In this document: positions 1-8,823 of the stretch, one piece after another
How positions within the stretch are numbered: position 1 is the stretch's first letter
Layout: each line of letters opens with the position of its first letter
Translations under genes and position numbers: made by a program
Notes under the pieces: generated by a model
Databases searched by the model: none
What the model saw: the letters and a program-made list of their open reading frames with translations, nothing else
What the model was told of the DNA's origin: nothing
Assembly: GCA_040766985.1 (NCBI GenBank)
Contig: JAXGPL010000002.1
Span: 98,847 to 162,846 of the forward strand
Length of the DNA stretch: 64,000 nt
From: Bacillota bacterium
GTDB taxonomy: Bacteria; Bacillota; Sulfobacillia; JAUYEG01
Reading direction: 5' to 3'

Positions 1-969
1 CTCGAACGCGAGTGCGCGTCGGCCGAAGGCGCGGTTGCCCGCTGCCGCGATGAGCGCCAGGCGGCAGAGGCCGACGTCCGCCAGTTGCAGGCCCAGCTTC
101 AGGCCCAGGAGTTGACCGTCCGCAATTACCGTTCCGAGGCGGACAAGCTTGCCGCGGCGCGGGCCGACGTCGACCGCCGGCTGCACCGGCTCGAGCTCAC
201 CCAGGAGCGGATGGCCGGTGAATCGCGTAGCCTCCAGGTGGAGAAGAAGGCCCTTCCGCCCCGGCACGCGGCAATCGAGCCCCGCCCCGACCCCGAAGCC
301 GCGTCGCTGCGGGCCCGCAGCGAAGAGATCGAGAGCCAACTGCTTGCGATGGGTTCGGTCGACCTCAGCGCTGCAGAGCAGTGCCGGCGACTTTCCGAAC
401 GGTATGCCTTTCTCACGGCGCAAGAGCGCGACCTGGCAGCGTCGGAGGGATCCCTTCAGGCCTCTGCCCTGGAGATCGAGCGGGAAATCGAGTCGAGGTT
501 GATGCGCAGTTTCGAGGAAACCCGGCGGCGTTTCGGCGAGGTCTTCGCAGGCCTGTTCGGTGGAGGAAGGGCCGACCTCGAGCTGACCGATCCCGAGCAT
601 CCGCTTACTTCGGGTGTCGAGGTGATGGCACAACCACCAGGCAAGCGCATGACGAGCCTTGCGCTTCTTTCGGGCGGCGAGCGCGCCCTGACAGCGATTG
701 CGCTGCTGTTCGCCTTGCTGGGGCGCAGCAGGACCGGCTTCTGCGTGCTCGATGAGGTCGACGCGTATCTGGATGAGCCCAACTGCCTGCGGTTCCGGCG
801 CTACCTTCGGAGCCTTTCCGGCGATCGGCAATTCCTGGTGGTTACACACAATAAGTCCACGATGGAGGCAGCCGATGTGCTGTACGGGTTGACCATGGAA
901 GAGGACGGCGTATCGCGGGCGGTTTCCGTCCGCCTCGATGATCCCGCCGCCGACGGGAGGGCCGGTTAG
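1..969 (+). CDS. smc: Chromosome segregation protein SMC, C-terminal part (5' end lies outside the window)
   Basis: Frame 1 is open from base 1. Coiled-coil-like Q/E/L/R-rich segment, then ABC signature LSGGERALTAIALLFAL and Walker B FCVLDEVDAYLD. Followed by ftsY as in Bacillus. Confidence 0.9.
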   Translation, partial: LERECASAEGAVARCRDERQAAEADVRQLQAQLQAQELTVRNYRSEADKLAAARADVDRRLHRLELTQERMAGESRSLQVEKKALPPRHAAIEPRPDPEAASLRARSEEIESQLLAMGSVDLSAAEQCRRLSERYAFLTAQERDLAASEGSLQASALEIEREIESRLMRSFEETRRRFGEVFAGLFGGGRADLELTDPEHPLTSGVEVMAQPPGKRMTSLALLSGGERALTAIALLFALLGRSRTGFCVLDEVDAYLDEPNCLRFRRYLRSLSGDRQFLVVTHNKSTMEAADVLYGLTMEEDGVSRAVSVRLDDPAADGRAG

Positions 970-1895
970 TGTCGGTCAAGTCGCTGTTTTCGGGTATGGA
1001 ACGCGCCCGCAGGGGCCTTCTCGGCAGGCTTGCGGACATGGTCGCCGGACGCAGGCCGGTCACGGACGCGATGTGGGATTCGCTCGAGGAAGCTCTGATC
1101 GAATCGGACATGGGGGTGGACCTTGTCCTATCGGTTCTGGAGGACCTCAGGGGCAGCCTCGGCCGGCGGGCGGACACCACCGAGTTGTTTTCCGGATTGG
1201 CCGAGCGACTTTCAGCCCTGCTAGGCGACACCGTTCCGCTCCTACCTCCCGGCCGCCCGGGAAGTCCTCTGGTCATCGCCATGGTCGGAGTCAACGGTAC
1301 CGGAAAGACCACCACCATCGGCAAGCTCGCGCACCGGTACATTAACGCCGGCGCCAAGGTCATCCTTGGGGCAGGGGACACGTTCCGGGCAGCCGCGATT
1401 GAGCAACTTGAGGTCTGGGCAAAGCGGGCCGGCGCAGCATTCGTCGCACACCAGCCGGGCGCGGACCCCGCCGCCGTCGCGTTCGACACAATTCAGGCCG
1501 CTCAGTCCCGGGGCCACGAAGTCGTGATCCTCGACACGGCCGGGCGCCTGCACACGCGCAAGAACCTGATGGAGGAGTTGCGCAAGACGGTCCGGGTTGC
1601 AGGCCGCGCCCAGGACGGGGCTCCGCACGAAACGCTGCTCGTCATCGATGCGACGATGGGTTCGAACACATTTGCCCAGGCCAAGGTGTTCGGCGAGGCG
1701 ACGCCCCTGACCGGAGTGATCCTGACCAAGATCGACAGCACGGCGAGGGGCGGGACGGTCTTCCGGATCCGGCGCGAGCTCGGCGTACCGGTCAAACTGT
1801 TGGGAACAGGCGAAGGGCTTGGCGACCTGGTCGACTTCGAGCCGCACGTCTTTGTCCAGGCGCTGCTCGCACCGCGATGGAAGGGGGAGGGGTAG
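969..1895 (+). CDS. ftsY: Signal recognition particle receptor FtsY
   Basis: GTG start overlaps the smc stop by 1 nt. SRP-GTPase motifs GVNGTGKTTTIGKLA, DTAGRLH, TKIDSTARGG. Confidence 0.95.
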   Translation: MSVKSLFSGMERARRGLLGRLADMVAGRRPVTDAMWDSLEEALIESDMGVDLVLSVLEDLRGSLGRRADTTELFSGLAERLSALLGDTVPLLPPGRPGSPLVIAMVGVNGTGKTTTIGKLAHRYINAGAKVILGAGDTFRAAAIEQLEVWAKRAGAAFVAHQPGADPAAVAFDTIQAAQSRGHEVVILDTAGRLHTRKNLMEELRKTVRVAGRAQDGAPHETLLVIDATMGSNTFAQAKVFGEATPLTGVILTKIDSTARGGTVFRIRRELGVPVKLLGTGEGLGDLVDFEPHVFVQALLAPRWKGEG

Positions 1896-1899
1896 AACA

Positions 1900-3234
1900 A
1901 TGAGCACCCTTTTCAGCTCGCTCGGCGAACGCCTAGGTGAGGTCTTCAAGCGCTTACGCGGCAAGGGCAAGCTCAGCGCGGTGGATGTGCAGGCGGCGAT
2001 GCGGGAGGTCAGGTTGGCCCTGCTCGAAGCGGATGTTAACTACCGGGTCGCGCGTGATTTCGTCGAGCGCATCACCGAGCGCGCTGTTGGACAGGAAGTG
2101 CTGGAGAGCTTGACGCCGGCCCAGCAAGTGGTGAGAATCGTTCACGAGGAACTGACCGCGCTGCTCGGGGGCACACGCGCGCGGCTGGCTGTTGCGCCGA
2201 AGCCGCCAACCGTAGTAATGATGGTTGGTCTGCAGGGTTCAGGCAAGACCACGGCGTGCGGCAAGCTTGCGATGTTGCTTAAGCGCGAGGGCAGGAGCCC
2301 GATGCTCGGCGGACTCGATACGCAGCGGCCGGCCGGCGGCCTGCAGTTGCAGCGGCTGGCGCAGAGCGTCGGCGTGCCGTCGTTTGTGGCCGAGGCGGGG
2401 TCGGACCCGCTGGTTTCCGTGTCGCCCCTGCTCAACGAGTGCAACCGCAAGGGCTGCGACTACCTTGTGGTCGACACAGCGGGTCGGCTGCATGTCGACG
2501 AAGAATTGATGCACCAACTGGCCGACCTTCGTAGGCTTGGCAAGCCCCATGAGGTCCTCCTGGTCGTGGACGCCATGACCGGGCAGGACGCAGTCAAGGT
2601 GGCCGAGTCGTTTTCGCAGGCCGTGGGCATCGACGGCGTCGTGCTGACCAAGCTCGACGGCGATACGCGCGGCGGAGCGGCGCTGTCGGTCAAGGCCGTG
2701 ACGGGCAAGCCGATCAAGTTCGCGGGCGTGGGTGAGAAGCTCGAGGCCCTTGAGGCGTTTCATCCGGAACGAATGGCGTCGCGGATCCTGGGCATGGGCG
2801 ATGTCCTCACACTGATTGAGAAGGCGGAGCAGAACCTGGACGCGGCAAAGGCCGCCGAGATGGAACGCAAACTCCGGCAGGCTGAGTTCACCCTGGACGA
2901 CTTCCTGGATCAGCTCAAGCAGGTCCGCAAGATGGGTGGGCTGGAGCAATTGCTGAGCATGGTCCCGGGCATGCAGCGCCGGAACACGCCGGTGCAGGTA
3001 GATGAGCGCGAACTTGCGCATACCGAGGCGATCATCAATTCGATGACGCCCGAAGAGCGACGCAATCCGTCCGTCATCGACGGGAGCCGCCGGCGGCGTA
3101 TCGCCGGCGGGAGTGGGACCAGCGTGCAGGCTGTCAACCGGTTGCTGCGCAGCTACGACGATGCGCGGCGGCTGATAAGGCAGATGGCGGGACGCGCCGA
3201 CGGCGGCCGCACGGGCCGGCGCCGCCCGTTCTAG
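1900..3234 (+). CDS. ffh: Signal recognition particle protein Ffh
   Basis: ATG at 1900, 4 nt after the ftsY stop, with GGGGGAGGGG upstream. MSTLFSSLGERL N-terminus, GLQGSGKTT, DTAGRLH, TKLDGDTRGG, Met-rich M domain. The longer ORF from 1819 overlaps ftsY and is unlikely. Confidence 0.95.
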   Translation: MSTLFSSLGERLGEVFKRLRGKGKLSAVDVQAAMREVRLALLEADVNYRVARDFVERITERAVGQEVLESLTPAQQVVRIVHEELTALLGGTRARLAVAPKPPTVVMMVGLQGSGKTTACGKLAMLLKREGRSPMLGGLDTQRPAGGLQLQRLAQSVGVPSFVAEAGSDPLVSVSPLLNECNRKGCDYLVVDTAGRLHVDEELMHQLADLRRLGKPHEVLLVVDAMTGQDAVKVAESFSQAVGIDGVVLTKLDGDTRGGAALSVKAVTGKPIKFAGVGEKLEALEAFHPERMASRILGMGDVLTLIEKAEQNLDAAKAAEMERKLRQAEFTLDDFLDQLKQVRKMGGLEQLLSMVPGMQRRNTPVQVDERELAHTEAIINSMTPEERRNPSVIDGSRRRRIAGGSGTSVQAVNRLLRSYDDARRLIRQMAGRADGGRTGRRRPF

Positions 3235-3289
3235 GGATACGGACCAAGCAGGGCCGGGGATGCCCCGGCAGAGAGGGTGACGAGTCAAG

Positions 3290-3532
3290 GTGAGCACTAA
3301 GATCCGTCTAAAACGCATGGGTGGGAAGAAAAAGCCCTACTATCGTGTAGTTGTCGCCGATTCGCGGCAGCCGCGCGGCGGGCGCGTCATCGAAGAGATC
3401 GGCACATACGATCCGGGCCGGGAGCCTTCGGCCTTCACGGTCGACGTCGACCGGGTCAAGGTCTGGCTGGAACACGGCGCTCAGCCCACCGATCGCGTGC
3501 GGATCCTTCTGAGCAAGGTCGGGGTCCTCTAG
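3290..3532 (+). CDS. rpsP: 30S ribosomal protein S16
   Basis: [25 protein letters not shown] is a canonical S16 N-terminus. 80 aa. Confidence 0.95.
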   Translation: MSTKIRLKRMGGKKKPYYRVVVADSRQPRGGRVIEEIGTYDPGREPSAFTVDVDRVKVWLEHGAQPTDRVRILLSKVGVL

Positions 3533-3553
3533 GCAGAAGACGCCCACCGCGAC

Positions 3554-3805
3554 ATGGAGGGCGATTCAAAGATGAAGGAAGTGCTTTCGGCTCTTGTCCG
3601 CAGCATCGTCGACCAACCAGAAGCTGTGATGGTCGACGAGATCAGGGCGGACGATGCTGTGCTGTACGAGATCCGGGTGGCGCCCGGCGACGTCGGCAGG
3701 GTCATCGGCCGCCAGGGCAAGGTCATCCGGGCGTTGAGGGTTGTCATGCGTTCAGTCGCCGCGCGCGAGTTCCACAAGGTGGATGTGGAGCTTGCCGGCG
3801 AGTGA
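3554..3805 (+). CDS. khpA: KH-domain RNA-binding protein (YlqC/KhpA, UPF0109)
   Basis: KH GXXG loop VIGRQGKVIRALRVV. Conserved position after rpsP. The alternative ATG at 3572 would give the usual length of about 77 aa. Confidence 0.85.
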   Translation: MEGDSKMKEVLSALVRSIVDQPEAVMVDEIRADDAVLYEIRVAPGDVGRVIGRQGKVIRALRVVMRSVAAREFHKVDVELAGE

Positions 3806-3862
3806 TCGCTGGTTTCCGGCCGGCGGCCGCCCGCCGATCGGCGCTAAGGATGGTGAGCGGCG

Positions 3863-4285
3863 ATGCCGCTTCGGATCAGACGGACGATAACGGTCAAGGC
3901 CATCGTGACTGAAGAGCTTAAGGCCAGGCTGGCCGCGGAGCTTCAGTCCGCCTTGGCTCAGGTCGAGGCCGAGTTGGCGCGTCTTGACGCGCTCGGGCGC
4001 GCGGCCGGGGCCTCCGGCAGAAAGACCCCGGGCGATACCGCGCAGGCTGCGGGAGCAGGGGCACCCAACGGGGAGCCTGCCGGAGCGGAGCGTGCGAAGC
4101 GGGCCGCCCAACGCGATCATCTCCTCGGGCGGATGCGTGAACTTGCCAAGCTCGAACTGGGTGCTGAGATCGTCCAGGGCACCCTTGAGGGGGAGGCCGA
4201 CGTCAGGCTGGGCGACGAGTGGGCCCGGTTGTTTGCCGCCGAGGTAGTTCTCAAAGACGGCAGAGTGGTGGCCATCCGTGAGTGA
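3863..4285 (+). CDS. ylqD: YlqD family protein
   Basis: 140 aa. N-terminal VKAIVTEELKARL, central coiled coil, C-terminal LGAEIVQG..VRLGDEW..VLKDGRVVAIRE pattern as in B. subtilis YlqD. Conserved position between the KH protein and rimM. Confidence 0.7.
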   Translation: MPLRIRRTITVKAIVTEELKARLAAELQSALAQVEAELARLDALGRAAGASGRKTPGDTAQAAGAGAPNGEPAGAERAKRAAQRDHLLGRMRELAKLELGAEIVQGTLEGEADVRLGDEWARLFAAEVVLKDGRVVAIRE

Positions 4286-4817
4286 GGACGGCAGCCGCCC
4301 GGATTACCTCACCATCGGCACCGTCACGTCGCCCCACGGCGTGCAGGGCGCAGTCAGGGTCTTCCCGCACACCGACATGCCGGACCGGTTCCGCGCCCTG
4401 GCAGAGGTGTGGCTCGGCTCGGGAGGACGCCCGCAGCGCCAGTGCCGCGTCGAAAGCGCAACGACCGGGCGGAAGTTGGTGGTTCTCAAACTGGCAGGAG
4501 TGAACACGCGCGAACAGGCTGAAGCCTTACGCGGAACCGACCTCCTGGTCCCCGTCGAGCAGGCCTGGCCGCTTCCGGAAGGCGCTTACTACCACTTCGA
4601 GCTGGAAGGGATGGCGGTGTTTGACTGCGCAGGACGTCTCCGCGGCACGTTGACCCGGGTGTACCCCGGTCCGGCCAATGATTTTTTCTGCGTATCCGAA
4701 GCCGGCTCCGGCCGTGAAACCCTGCTCGCCGCCGTGCGTTCCGTCGTCAAGGAAGTAGATCGAGAGCGCGGAAGGATGGTTGTCGAGTGGCCGGAGGAAT
4801 ACGGGCATGCGGATTGA
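4278..4817 (+). CDS. rimM: 16S rRNA processing protein RimM
   Basis: GTG start overlaps the ylqD end. GTVTSPHGVQGAVRV motif and a PRC-barrel C-terminal half. Confidence 0.9.
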   Translation: MSEDGSRPDYLTIGTVTSPHGVQGAVRVFPHTDMPDRFRALAEVWLGSGGRPQRQCRVESATTGRKLVVLKLAGVNTREQAEALRGTDLLVPVEQAWPLPEGAYYHFELEGMAVFDCAGRLRGTLTRVYPGPANDFFCVSEAGSGRETLLAAVRSVVKEVDRERGRMVVEWPEEYGHAD

Positions 4818-5628
4818 CATCGCGACGATCTTCCCGGCCATGTTCGCGGGCCCCCTCGGGACGAGCATCCTCGCGCGCGCGCAGGAAGCCGGGCTGCTCG
4901 ACATCCGGATTCACGACCTCCGTGACCACACCTCGGACCGGCACCGCACCGTTGACGACTATCCCTACGGAGGCGGAGCGGGAATGGTGATGCGGCCGGG
5001 CCCGTTCTTTAGCCTCTACGACAGCCTGGTCGGCGCGGACGGAGAGAGCGGGGAGGCGGGGAGCCGTGAAGCCGCGCCCGTCCGGCCTAGGCCAAGAGTC
5101 GTGCTGTTTTCACCTGCGGGGAAGGTCCTCAGCCAGCAAACCGTCCGGCGGTACGCCGGCGAGCCGTGGCTTCTCCTGATTTGTGGCCACTACGAAGGGA
5201 TCGACGACCGGGTTGCGGCCGGCCTCGGCGCCGAGGAAATCTCGCTCGGGGACTTCGTGCTGACCGGCGGAGAACTACCCGCGATGGTCCTGGTTGATGG
5301 AATCTCCCGGCTGTTGCCCGGAGTGCTTGGCACGGACGAATCGCTGGCCGAGGAGTCCTTCACCGCGGGGCTGCTGGAGTATCCCCAGTTCACCAGGCCT
5401 CCCGAGATCCGCGGCCTCACCGTGCCCGCTGTCCTGTTGTCCGGCGATCATCCGGCCGTGCACAGGTGGCGAAGGGAGCAGTCGTTGCTGCGTACAGCGC
5501 AGCGCAGGCCGGAACTCCTGGCGAGCGCCTGCCTGACCGAGGAAGAGCGCGCGATGCTTGAGCGAGCCGGCCTTGGCGCGGGCGCCGACGCGGGCCCGGA
5601 CGCGGGAGAGCCGGAGATAATTCGGTAG
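4807..5628 (+). CDS. trmD: tRNA (guanine37-N1)-methyltransferase TrmD
   Basis: ATG at 4807 gives MRIDIATIFPAMF. Also YPYGGGAGMVM, CGHYEGIDDRV, LTGGELPAMV. Carries a G/E/A/P/R-rich insertion of about 25 aa and a short acidic C-terminal tail. Confidence 0.93.
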   Translation: MRIDIATIFPAMFAGPLGTSILARAQEAGLLDIRIHDLRDHTSDRHRTVDDYPYGGGAGMVMRPGPFFSLYDSLVGADGESGEAGSREAAPVRPRPRVVLFSPAGKVLSQQTVRRYAGEPWLLLICGHYEGIDDRVAAGLGAEEISLGDFVLTGGELPAMVLVDGISRLLPGVLGTDESLAEESFTAGLLEYPQFTRPPEIRGLTVPAVLLSGDHPAVHRWRREQSLLRTAQRRPELLASACLTEEERAMLERAGLGAGADAGPDAGEPEIIR

Positions 5629-5643
5629 CAGCTGATTCATTCG

Positions 5644-5673
5644 TTGTATTGCCATTTTTCGCTGTGATATAAT
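5644..5673 (+). promoter_or_regulatory. Putative sigma-A promoter of rplS (extended -10)
   Basis: TTGTAT (5644-5649), 18-nt spacer, TGaTATAAT (5665-5673) in a local AT-rich island. GAGAGGAGGG Shine-Dalgarno follows, then ATG at 5700. Confidence 0.5.
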
Positions 5674-5699
5674 CGCCATGTTTGAGAGGAGGGCCCAGG

Positions 5700-6043
5700 A
5701 TGGACCTGGTTCGCATGGTACAACAGCAACACCTGCGGCAAGATATCCCTGAGTTTCGGCCTGGGGACACCGTCCGCGTCCACGTTAAAGTTGTTGAAGG
5801 CGGACGTGAGCGTACTACAGGTATACGAGGGCACCGTGATCGACCGCAAGGTGGCAGTCTTGACGAGACCTTCACCGTCCGGCGGGTTTCGTTCGGCATC
5901 GGGGTTGAGCGGACGTTCCTCGTCCATTCACCCCGGCTGGCCAAGATCGAGGTCGCGCGGCGCGGCCGCGTGCGCAGGGCAAGCTATACTACCTGCGTGG
6001 TCTTAGGGGCAAGGCGGCGCGGATCCGGGAGCGCAGGGACTAG
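5700..6043 (+). pseudogene. rplS: 50S ribosomal protein L19, reading frame broken by three 1-nt indels (probably sequence error)
   Basis: [38 protein letters not shown] (frame 0), [11 protein letters not shown] (frame 1), [44 protein letters not shown] (frame 0), [20 protein letters not shown]-stop (frame 2). Shifts lie near 5815, 5850 (G run) and 5981 (A run). Net length is 344 nt, which is 345 minus 1. Confidence 0.9.
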
Positions 6044-6086
6044 TTCTTTGGGTCCCCGTGCGGTGGATCAAGGGGGCTCGAGTGAC

Positions 6087-6611
6087 ATGGCGGCGGCGAC
6101 GACACGCAGGGCAGTCCGGGAAATCGTCGAGACTATCCTCATCGCCGTCGTTCTTGCTTTCGTGGTCCGGGGTTTTGTCGTCGAGACCTTCGTCGTGCTC
6201 GGCCCCTCGATGGAGCCCACCCTCCACGATCTCGAGCGCCTCTTCGTCAACAAGGTCGTGTACCGCGTCCATCCCCCGCACCGGGGCGACATCATTGTCT
6301 TCGCGTACCCGCGTGATCCCGACAGGGACTTCATCAAGCGCGTAATCGCCCTGCCTGGTGAAACCATCGAGATCCGGGACGGGCGGGTGTACGTGGACGG
6401 TGAGTTCATCGCCGAGACCTACATCGCATTTCCGGATAACCACGGGGAATACGGGGCCGTCCAAGTCCCGCCGGAGCATGTCTTCGTCATGGGCGACAAC
6501 CGTCGCAACAGCGAGGACAGCAGGTACTTCGGCCCTGTCCCGTTTGAAAACATCAGGGGCAAGGCATTTCTGATCTATTGGCCGATCAACAGGTTCGGCC
6601 TTGCCCACTAG
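6087..6611 (+). CDS. lepB: Signal peptidase I
   Basis: ATG at 6087 ([27 protein letters not shown] segment). Catalytic [31 protein letters not shown]. Confidence 0.9.
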   Translation: MAAATTRRAVREIVETILIAVVLAFVVRGFVVETFVVLGPSMEPTLHDLERLFVNKVVYRVHPPHRGDIIVFAYPRDPDRDFIKRVIALPGETIEIRDGRVYVDGEFIAETYIAFPDNHGEYGAVQVPPEHVFVMGDNRRNSEDSRYFGPVPFENIRGKAFLIYWPINRFGLAH

Positions 6612-6617
6612 ACTGCC

Positions 6618-7514
6618 ATGTCACCGCAGCAGACCGCCTGGTATCCGGGCCTTATGGCACGGACCAGGCGCTTTCTTGACCGGTATCTAAAGCACCTCGA
6701 TGTGATCCTCGAAGTCACCGACGCCCGCGCCCCGCGCTCTTGCCGGTGGCACGGCCTGGACGAAGTTCTCCAGGGCAAACCACGGATTCTGATCCTCAAC
6801 AAGGCGGACCTCGCCGACACGGCAGTAACCGCTGAGTGGCAGGCATTTCATGAGGCTGCTTCGCTCCCTGCAGTGCCTGTCTCGGCCGCGGCGACAGGGG
6901 CCGCAGCCCGAGACCAAGCCCGCCGCCTGCGGGAGATGCTTCGCAGCATGGCCGGCACAAGCAGTCCGCTGAGGGCGGTTAAGGTGGCGGCGGTCGGCGT
7001 GCCCAACGCGGGCAAGTCGTCCGTTCTCAATCTGATCGGCGGCAGGCGCAGGGCGGCCACGGGGGCAAGGCCCGGACTGACTCGCGGCCAGCAGTGGATC
7101 GTGCTTTCCGGAGGCATCTGGCTCCTCGACCTTCCCGGGGTCCTGCCCCCCGCGCCGCGCGACCAGCGGGAGCTCTCAATCCTTGCTGCAGTAGGAACCC
7201 TGCCGGAAGGCGCCTATGACACACCCGACGTCGCGCTGTTGCTTCTGGCTGCCATGGCAGCCCACCCGGGGCCTGCTGAGTTAGCTAAGCGGCTCAAACT
7301 GGGGCCTGGCGAGACGGGCTTTGCAGGGGCCGGCGAACGTGAGCCTGTCGATTGGCTGAAGGCCTGGGCGCTGCGGCGCGGCGCCCTCGCCGCCGGCGGC
7401 GAGCCCGATTTCGCCCGTGCAGCGGCGATGCTGGTTGCGGAGTTCCGGAGGGGCGGGTTCGGCAGGGTCAGCCTTGAGCGTCCTGAACACGGGGAGGCTG
7501 ACGCACTTGGCTAG
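6618..7514 (+). CDS. rbgA: Ribosome biogenesis GTPase A (YlqF/RbgA)
   Basis: WYPGLMARTRR N-terminus, circularly permuted GTPase (NKADL before GVPNAGKSSVLN). Conserved position before rnhB. Confidence 0.9.
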   Translation: MSPQQTAWYPGLMARTRRFLDRYLKHLDVILEVTDARAPRSCRWHGLDEVLQGKPRILILNKADLADTAVTAEWQAFHEAASLPAVPVSAAATGAAARDQARRLREMLRSMAGTSSPLRAVKVAAVGVPNAGKSSVLNLIGGRRRAATGARPGLTRGQQWIVLSGGIWLLDLPGVLPPAPRDQRELSILAAVGTLPEGAYDTPDVALLLLAAMAAHPGPAELAKRLKLGPGETGFAGAGEREPVDWLKAWALRRGALAAGGEPDFARAAAMLVAEFRRGGFGRVSLERPEHGEADALG

Positions 7515-8178
7515 ACCCGAAGCGGACGACCTCAGAGTAGCGCGGATGTGGCGGCACGAACTCAAGCTCACACGCGACCAGGGTTGGAGGGGACCGATTG
7601 CGGGGGTCGACGAAGCCGGCCGGGGACCGCTGGCCGGCCCCGTCGTGGCGAGCGCTGTGGTCCTGCCGCGGCGGATCTATCTGCCATCGCTGAACGATTC
7701 CAAGGCGCTTTCCGCCACGGTCCGCGAGCGCCTCGAAGGCCAGATCAAGGAGCGCGCCATTGCCTGGTCAGTGGTCGAGGTTTCCGTTGCCGACATCGAT
7801 CTGATCAACATCCTGCAGGCCACGCACAAAGCGATGCGCCTTGCCCTGGAAACCCTCGGGACGCCGTTCGCCGGCGCCCTTCTCGACGGCCTGCCGGTGG
7901 CGACACTGGGGTTCGCCCACGCGGCTGTCGTCGATGGCGATGCCCTGTGCCCATCGATCGCGGCCGCTTCGATCCTCGCCAAGGTCCAGCGCGACCGGAT
8001 GATGGCCGAACTCGACGCCATCTACCCGGAATACGGCTTTGCGCAGCACAAGGGCTATCCGACGCCGCAGCACATCGCAGCCCTCCGCCGGCATGGCCCG
8101 TGCCCGATACATCGACGGTCGTTTCACTGGCACGGGACCACTCTTTTCGATCTCGCGGAGTTGTCCAGGGGTAAGTGA
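7507..8178 (+). CDS. rnhB: Ribonuclease HII
   Basis: IAGVDEAGRGPLAGPVVASAVVL, DSKALS, ASILAKV. Start is uncertain. TTG at 7507 has GGGGAGG 9 nt upstream. ATG at 7546 is the alternative. Confidence 0.88.
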   Translation: MARPEADDLRVARMWRHELKLTRDQGWRGPIAGVDEAGRGPLAGPVVASAVVLPRRIYLPSLNDSKALSATVRERLEGQIKERAIAWSVVEVSVADIDLINILQATHKAMRLALETLGTPFAGALLDGLPVATLGFAHAAVVDGDALCPSIAAASILAKVQRDRMMAELDAIYPEYGFAQHKGYPTPQHIAALRRHGPCPIHRRSFHWHGTTLFDLAELSRGK

Positions 8179-8210
8179 CGGTCAAGCTGAGAACCAGTCC
8201 GGAAACCTAG

Positions 8211-8234
8211 AGGCCACCGCCTGGGCGGTGGCCT
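8211..8234. terminator. GC-rich hairpin between convergent rnhB and the SASP gene (possible bidirectional terminator)
   Basis: AGGCCACCGC / GCGGTGGCCT 10-bp perfect stem with a 4-nt loop. U tracts are weak on both strands. Confidence 0.5.
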
Positions 8235-8256
8235 CGTCTACTCCGGGGACGGGTGC

Positions 8257-8535
8257 CTACCTACTGGTGCGGGTAGTGGTCCCACCGGTAGTACCGATAG
8301 TCGTGCCGGTCGTGCCTCCGGTGCGCCCCGCGAGCTGCTGCTCGGCGAGCTGGACCATCCGGCGGACCATGTGGCCGCCGACAGCGCCGCACTGACGGGA
8401 GGTCAGGTCACCCCAGTAACCGTCCGACGGAGTCGGAACGCCGATGTCACGGGCGACCTCGTACTTGAACTGATCCAGGGCCCGCTCGGCACCTTGGACG
8501 ACAGTCTGCCTGGTAGTGGTAGAGCCTTGAGCCAT
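8257..8535 (-). CDS. Alpha/beta-type small acid-soluble spore protein with a Gly/Thr-rich C-terminal tail
   Basis: ALDQFKYEVARDIGV...GDLTSRQCGAVGGHMVRRMVQLAEQQL matches the SASP DNA-binding signature. GGAGGTG lies 9 nt before the ATG (revcomp of 8533-8535). Only the last 92 codons of the 361-aa track ORF are credible. Confidence 0.9.
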   Translation of the reverse strand: MAQGSTTTRQTVVQGAERALDQFKYEVARDIGVPTPSDGYWGDLTSRQCGAVGGHMVRRMVQLAEQQLAGRTGGTTGTTIGTTGGTTTRTSR

Positions 8536-8559
8536 GTGGTTGTTCACCTCCTCGAGCGT

Positions 8560-8588
8560 TAAGCTGCTTCGGATAGCTGCGCGTATGC
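8560..8588 (-). promoter_or_regulatory. Candidate forespore (sigma-G/F-like) promoter of the SASP gene
   Basis: The minus strand reads GCATA-17 nt-CAGCTTA. Compare the sigma-G consensus GHATR-17/18-CATXXTA (one mismatch in the -10). It sits about 15 nt before the Shine-Dalgarno. Confidence 0.35.
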
Positions 8589-8823
8589 TAGGCAATTGTT
8601 GGTCAGGACGGGTCCGCCTTTGCTTTGCGAAGCATCGTACCCGCGACCAAATCCGGCTCTTCCCTCCCGCTCCCGGCGGTCCGCCACCGTGCCATTGGTG
8701 TAACCCCTGGTAGCCCTTCAGCCCAGAGCCTTGTCCTAATTGCTTCGGAAACCAACGGCTCCGAGAGGAGGAAATTATTGCCATGCCGCCGAATTGATAG
8801 CAGCAACAAGGAGGTGCAGATCG

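Noticed and set aside
2239-3318. Long antisense ORFs opposite well-supported genes (for example 2239-3318, 19908-21335, 22000-23235, 26212-27930, 32200-33342, 41425-42441, 46860-48161, all on the minus strand)
   Set aside because: These are shadow ORFs, typical of very GC-rich DNA where stop codons are rare. Their translations are Arg/Ala/Pro/Gly-rich with no recognisable motifs, and each lies fully opposite a conserved gene.
5682-6611. A single 309-aa ORF that looks like an L19-signal peptidase fusion protein
   Set aside because: This is an artefact of the third rplS indel, which puts the L19 stop (6041-6043) out of frame. lepB has its own ATG at 6087, and the linking 40 codons have no homology to either protein.
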